Source: an uncultured Solirubrobacteraceae bacterium (GTDB lineage: Bacteria; Actinomycetota; Thermoleophilia; Solirubrobacterales; Solirubrobacteraceae). From it: DNA of 35,316 nt. The stretch covers positions 1 through 35,316 of the forward strand of contig CAZPQW010000031.1 in the NCBI GenBank assembly GCA_964588985.1. The letters run 5' to 3'. The notes under the pieces were generated by a model, which was given only the letters and a program-made list of their open reading frames with translations, did no database searches and was not told where the DNA came from. The translations under genes and the position numbers were made by a program. Positions 34,811 through 35,316 of this stretch are shown here, piece by piece; the stretch's first letter is position 1; each line of letters starts with the position of its first letter.

Positions 34811-35316
34811 TTAGCGGCGGCGCAGACCGAGGATCGACAGCAGGAAGGAGGAGAAGAAGATCTGGATGCCCACGATCATCAGCGATGCGGACACCAGCGC
34901 GACGCGTTCGTCCGAGAGCGAGCCCAGCCCGTGCGAGATCCACGTCGCGACGACCACCGCTCCCATCGCGACGCCCACCAGGACGAACGCACCCCCCAGC
35001 AACAGCCCGTGCTCGAGGCGAAAGCGCGTCCGCATGCGATCGAACCATGGGTCTCGCTCGCCCATGAAGTAGGTGCCGTACGCGTGCGCGCAGAGGCCGA
35101 GGGCGAGTATCTGCGTGCCCACGATCATCAGCAGCGCCCCGCCGATCAGTGTGTGCAGTCCCCACGCGCGCCCGAAGAAGCTCAGCCCGGCGCCGACCAG
35201 GATCACGATCAGCGTGCCCAACCCGGCGAGGGTCGCTCCCGGCACGATGAACAGGTGGTTGGGGCTGTGCACGAGCAGGAAGCGCAGGTGGCGCCAGCCG
35301 TCGCGGAAGCTCGACA
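34811..35316 (-). CDS. GT2 polyprenyl-phosphate glycosyltransferase with TM tail, C-terminal fragment (5' end outside window)
   Basis: Frame is open to the window edge: SSFRDGWRHLRFLLVHSP..LFIVPG, followed by about four TM helices ending GIQIFFSSFLLSIL. Confidence 0.85.
   Translation of the reverse strand, partial: SSFRDGWRHLRFLLVHSPNHLFIVPGATLAGLGTLIVILVGAGLSFFGRAWGLHTLIGGALLMIVGTQILALGLCAHAYGTYFMGERDPWFDRMRTRFRLEHGLLLGGAFVLVGVAMGAVVVATWISHGLGSLSDERVALVSASLMIVGIQIFFSSFLLSILGLRRR

Noticed and set aside
1-35316. tRNA, rRNA, riboswitch, CRISPR, IS/integrase, prophage or defence genes
   Set aside because: None was recognisable by eye. Intergenic gaps are short, and a covariance-model scan would be needed to exclude small RNAs fully.

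Overview
High-GC window whose gene content and protein style suggest an actinobacterium, possibly Thermoleophilia/Solirubrobacterales (inference only). Bases 1-5.1 kb hold housekeeping and regulatory genes: the 3' end of a class II ribonucleotide reductase, a membrane-tethered ECF sigma factor next to a secreted His-rich protein, a GFA-family protein, a hypothetical protein, HU and heme A synthase. From about 5.1 kb past the right edge lies a ~30 kb cell-surface glycan locus that appears to combine two assembly modes. (1) An ABC-transporter route: Wzm, Wzt with a C-terminal extension, multidomain cytoplasmic GTs including probable rhamnosyltransferases, RmlC, and a sulfotransferase with a coiled-coil/basic tail built like a WbdD-type chain terminator. 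(2) A lipid-donor route: two polyprenyl-phosphate sugar synthases, a UPF0104 flippase-like protein, six polytopic GT-C-like proteins each with an acidic motif in an early extracytoplasmic loop, and a tandem pair of CDP-tyvelose-epimerase-like SDRs, one of which has Phe instead of the catalytic Tyr. No rRNA, tRNA, CRISPR array or mobile element was seen. All calls come from reading motifs by eye; no database searches were run.
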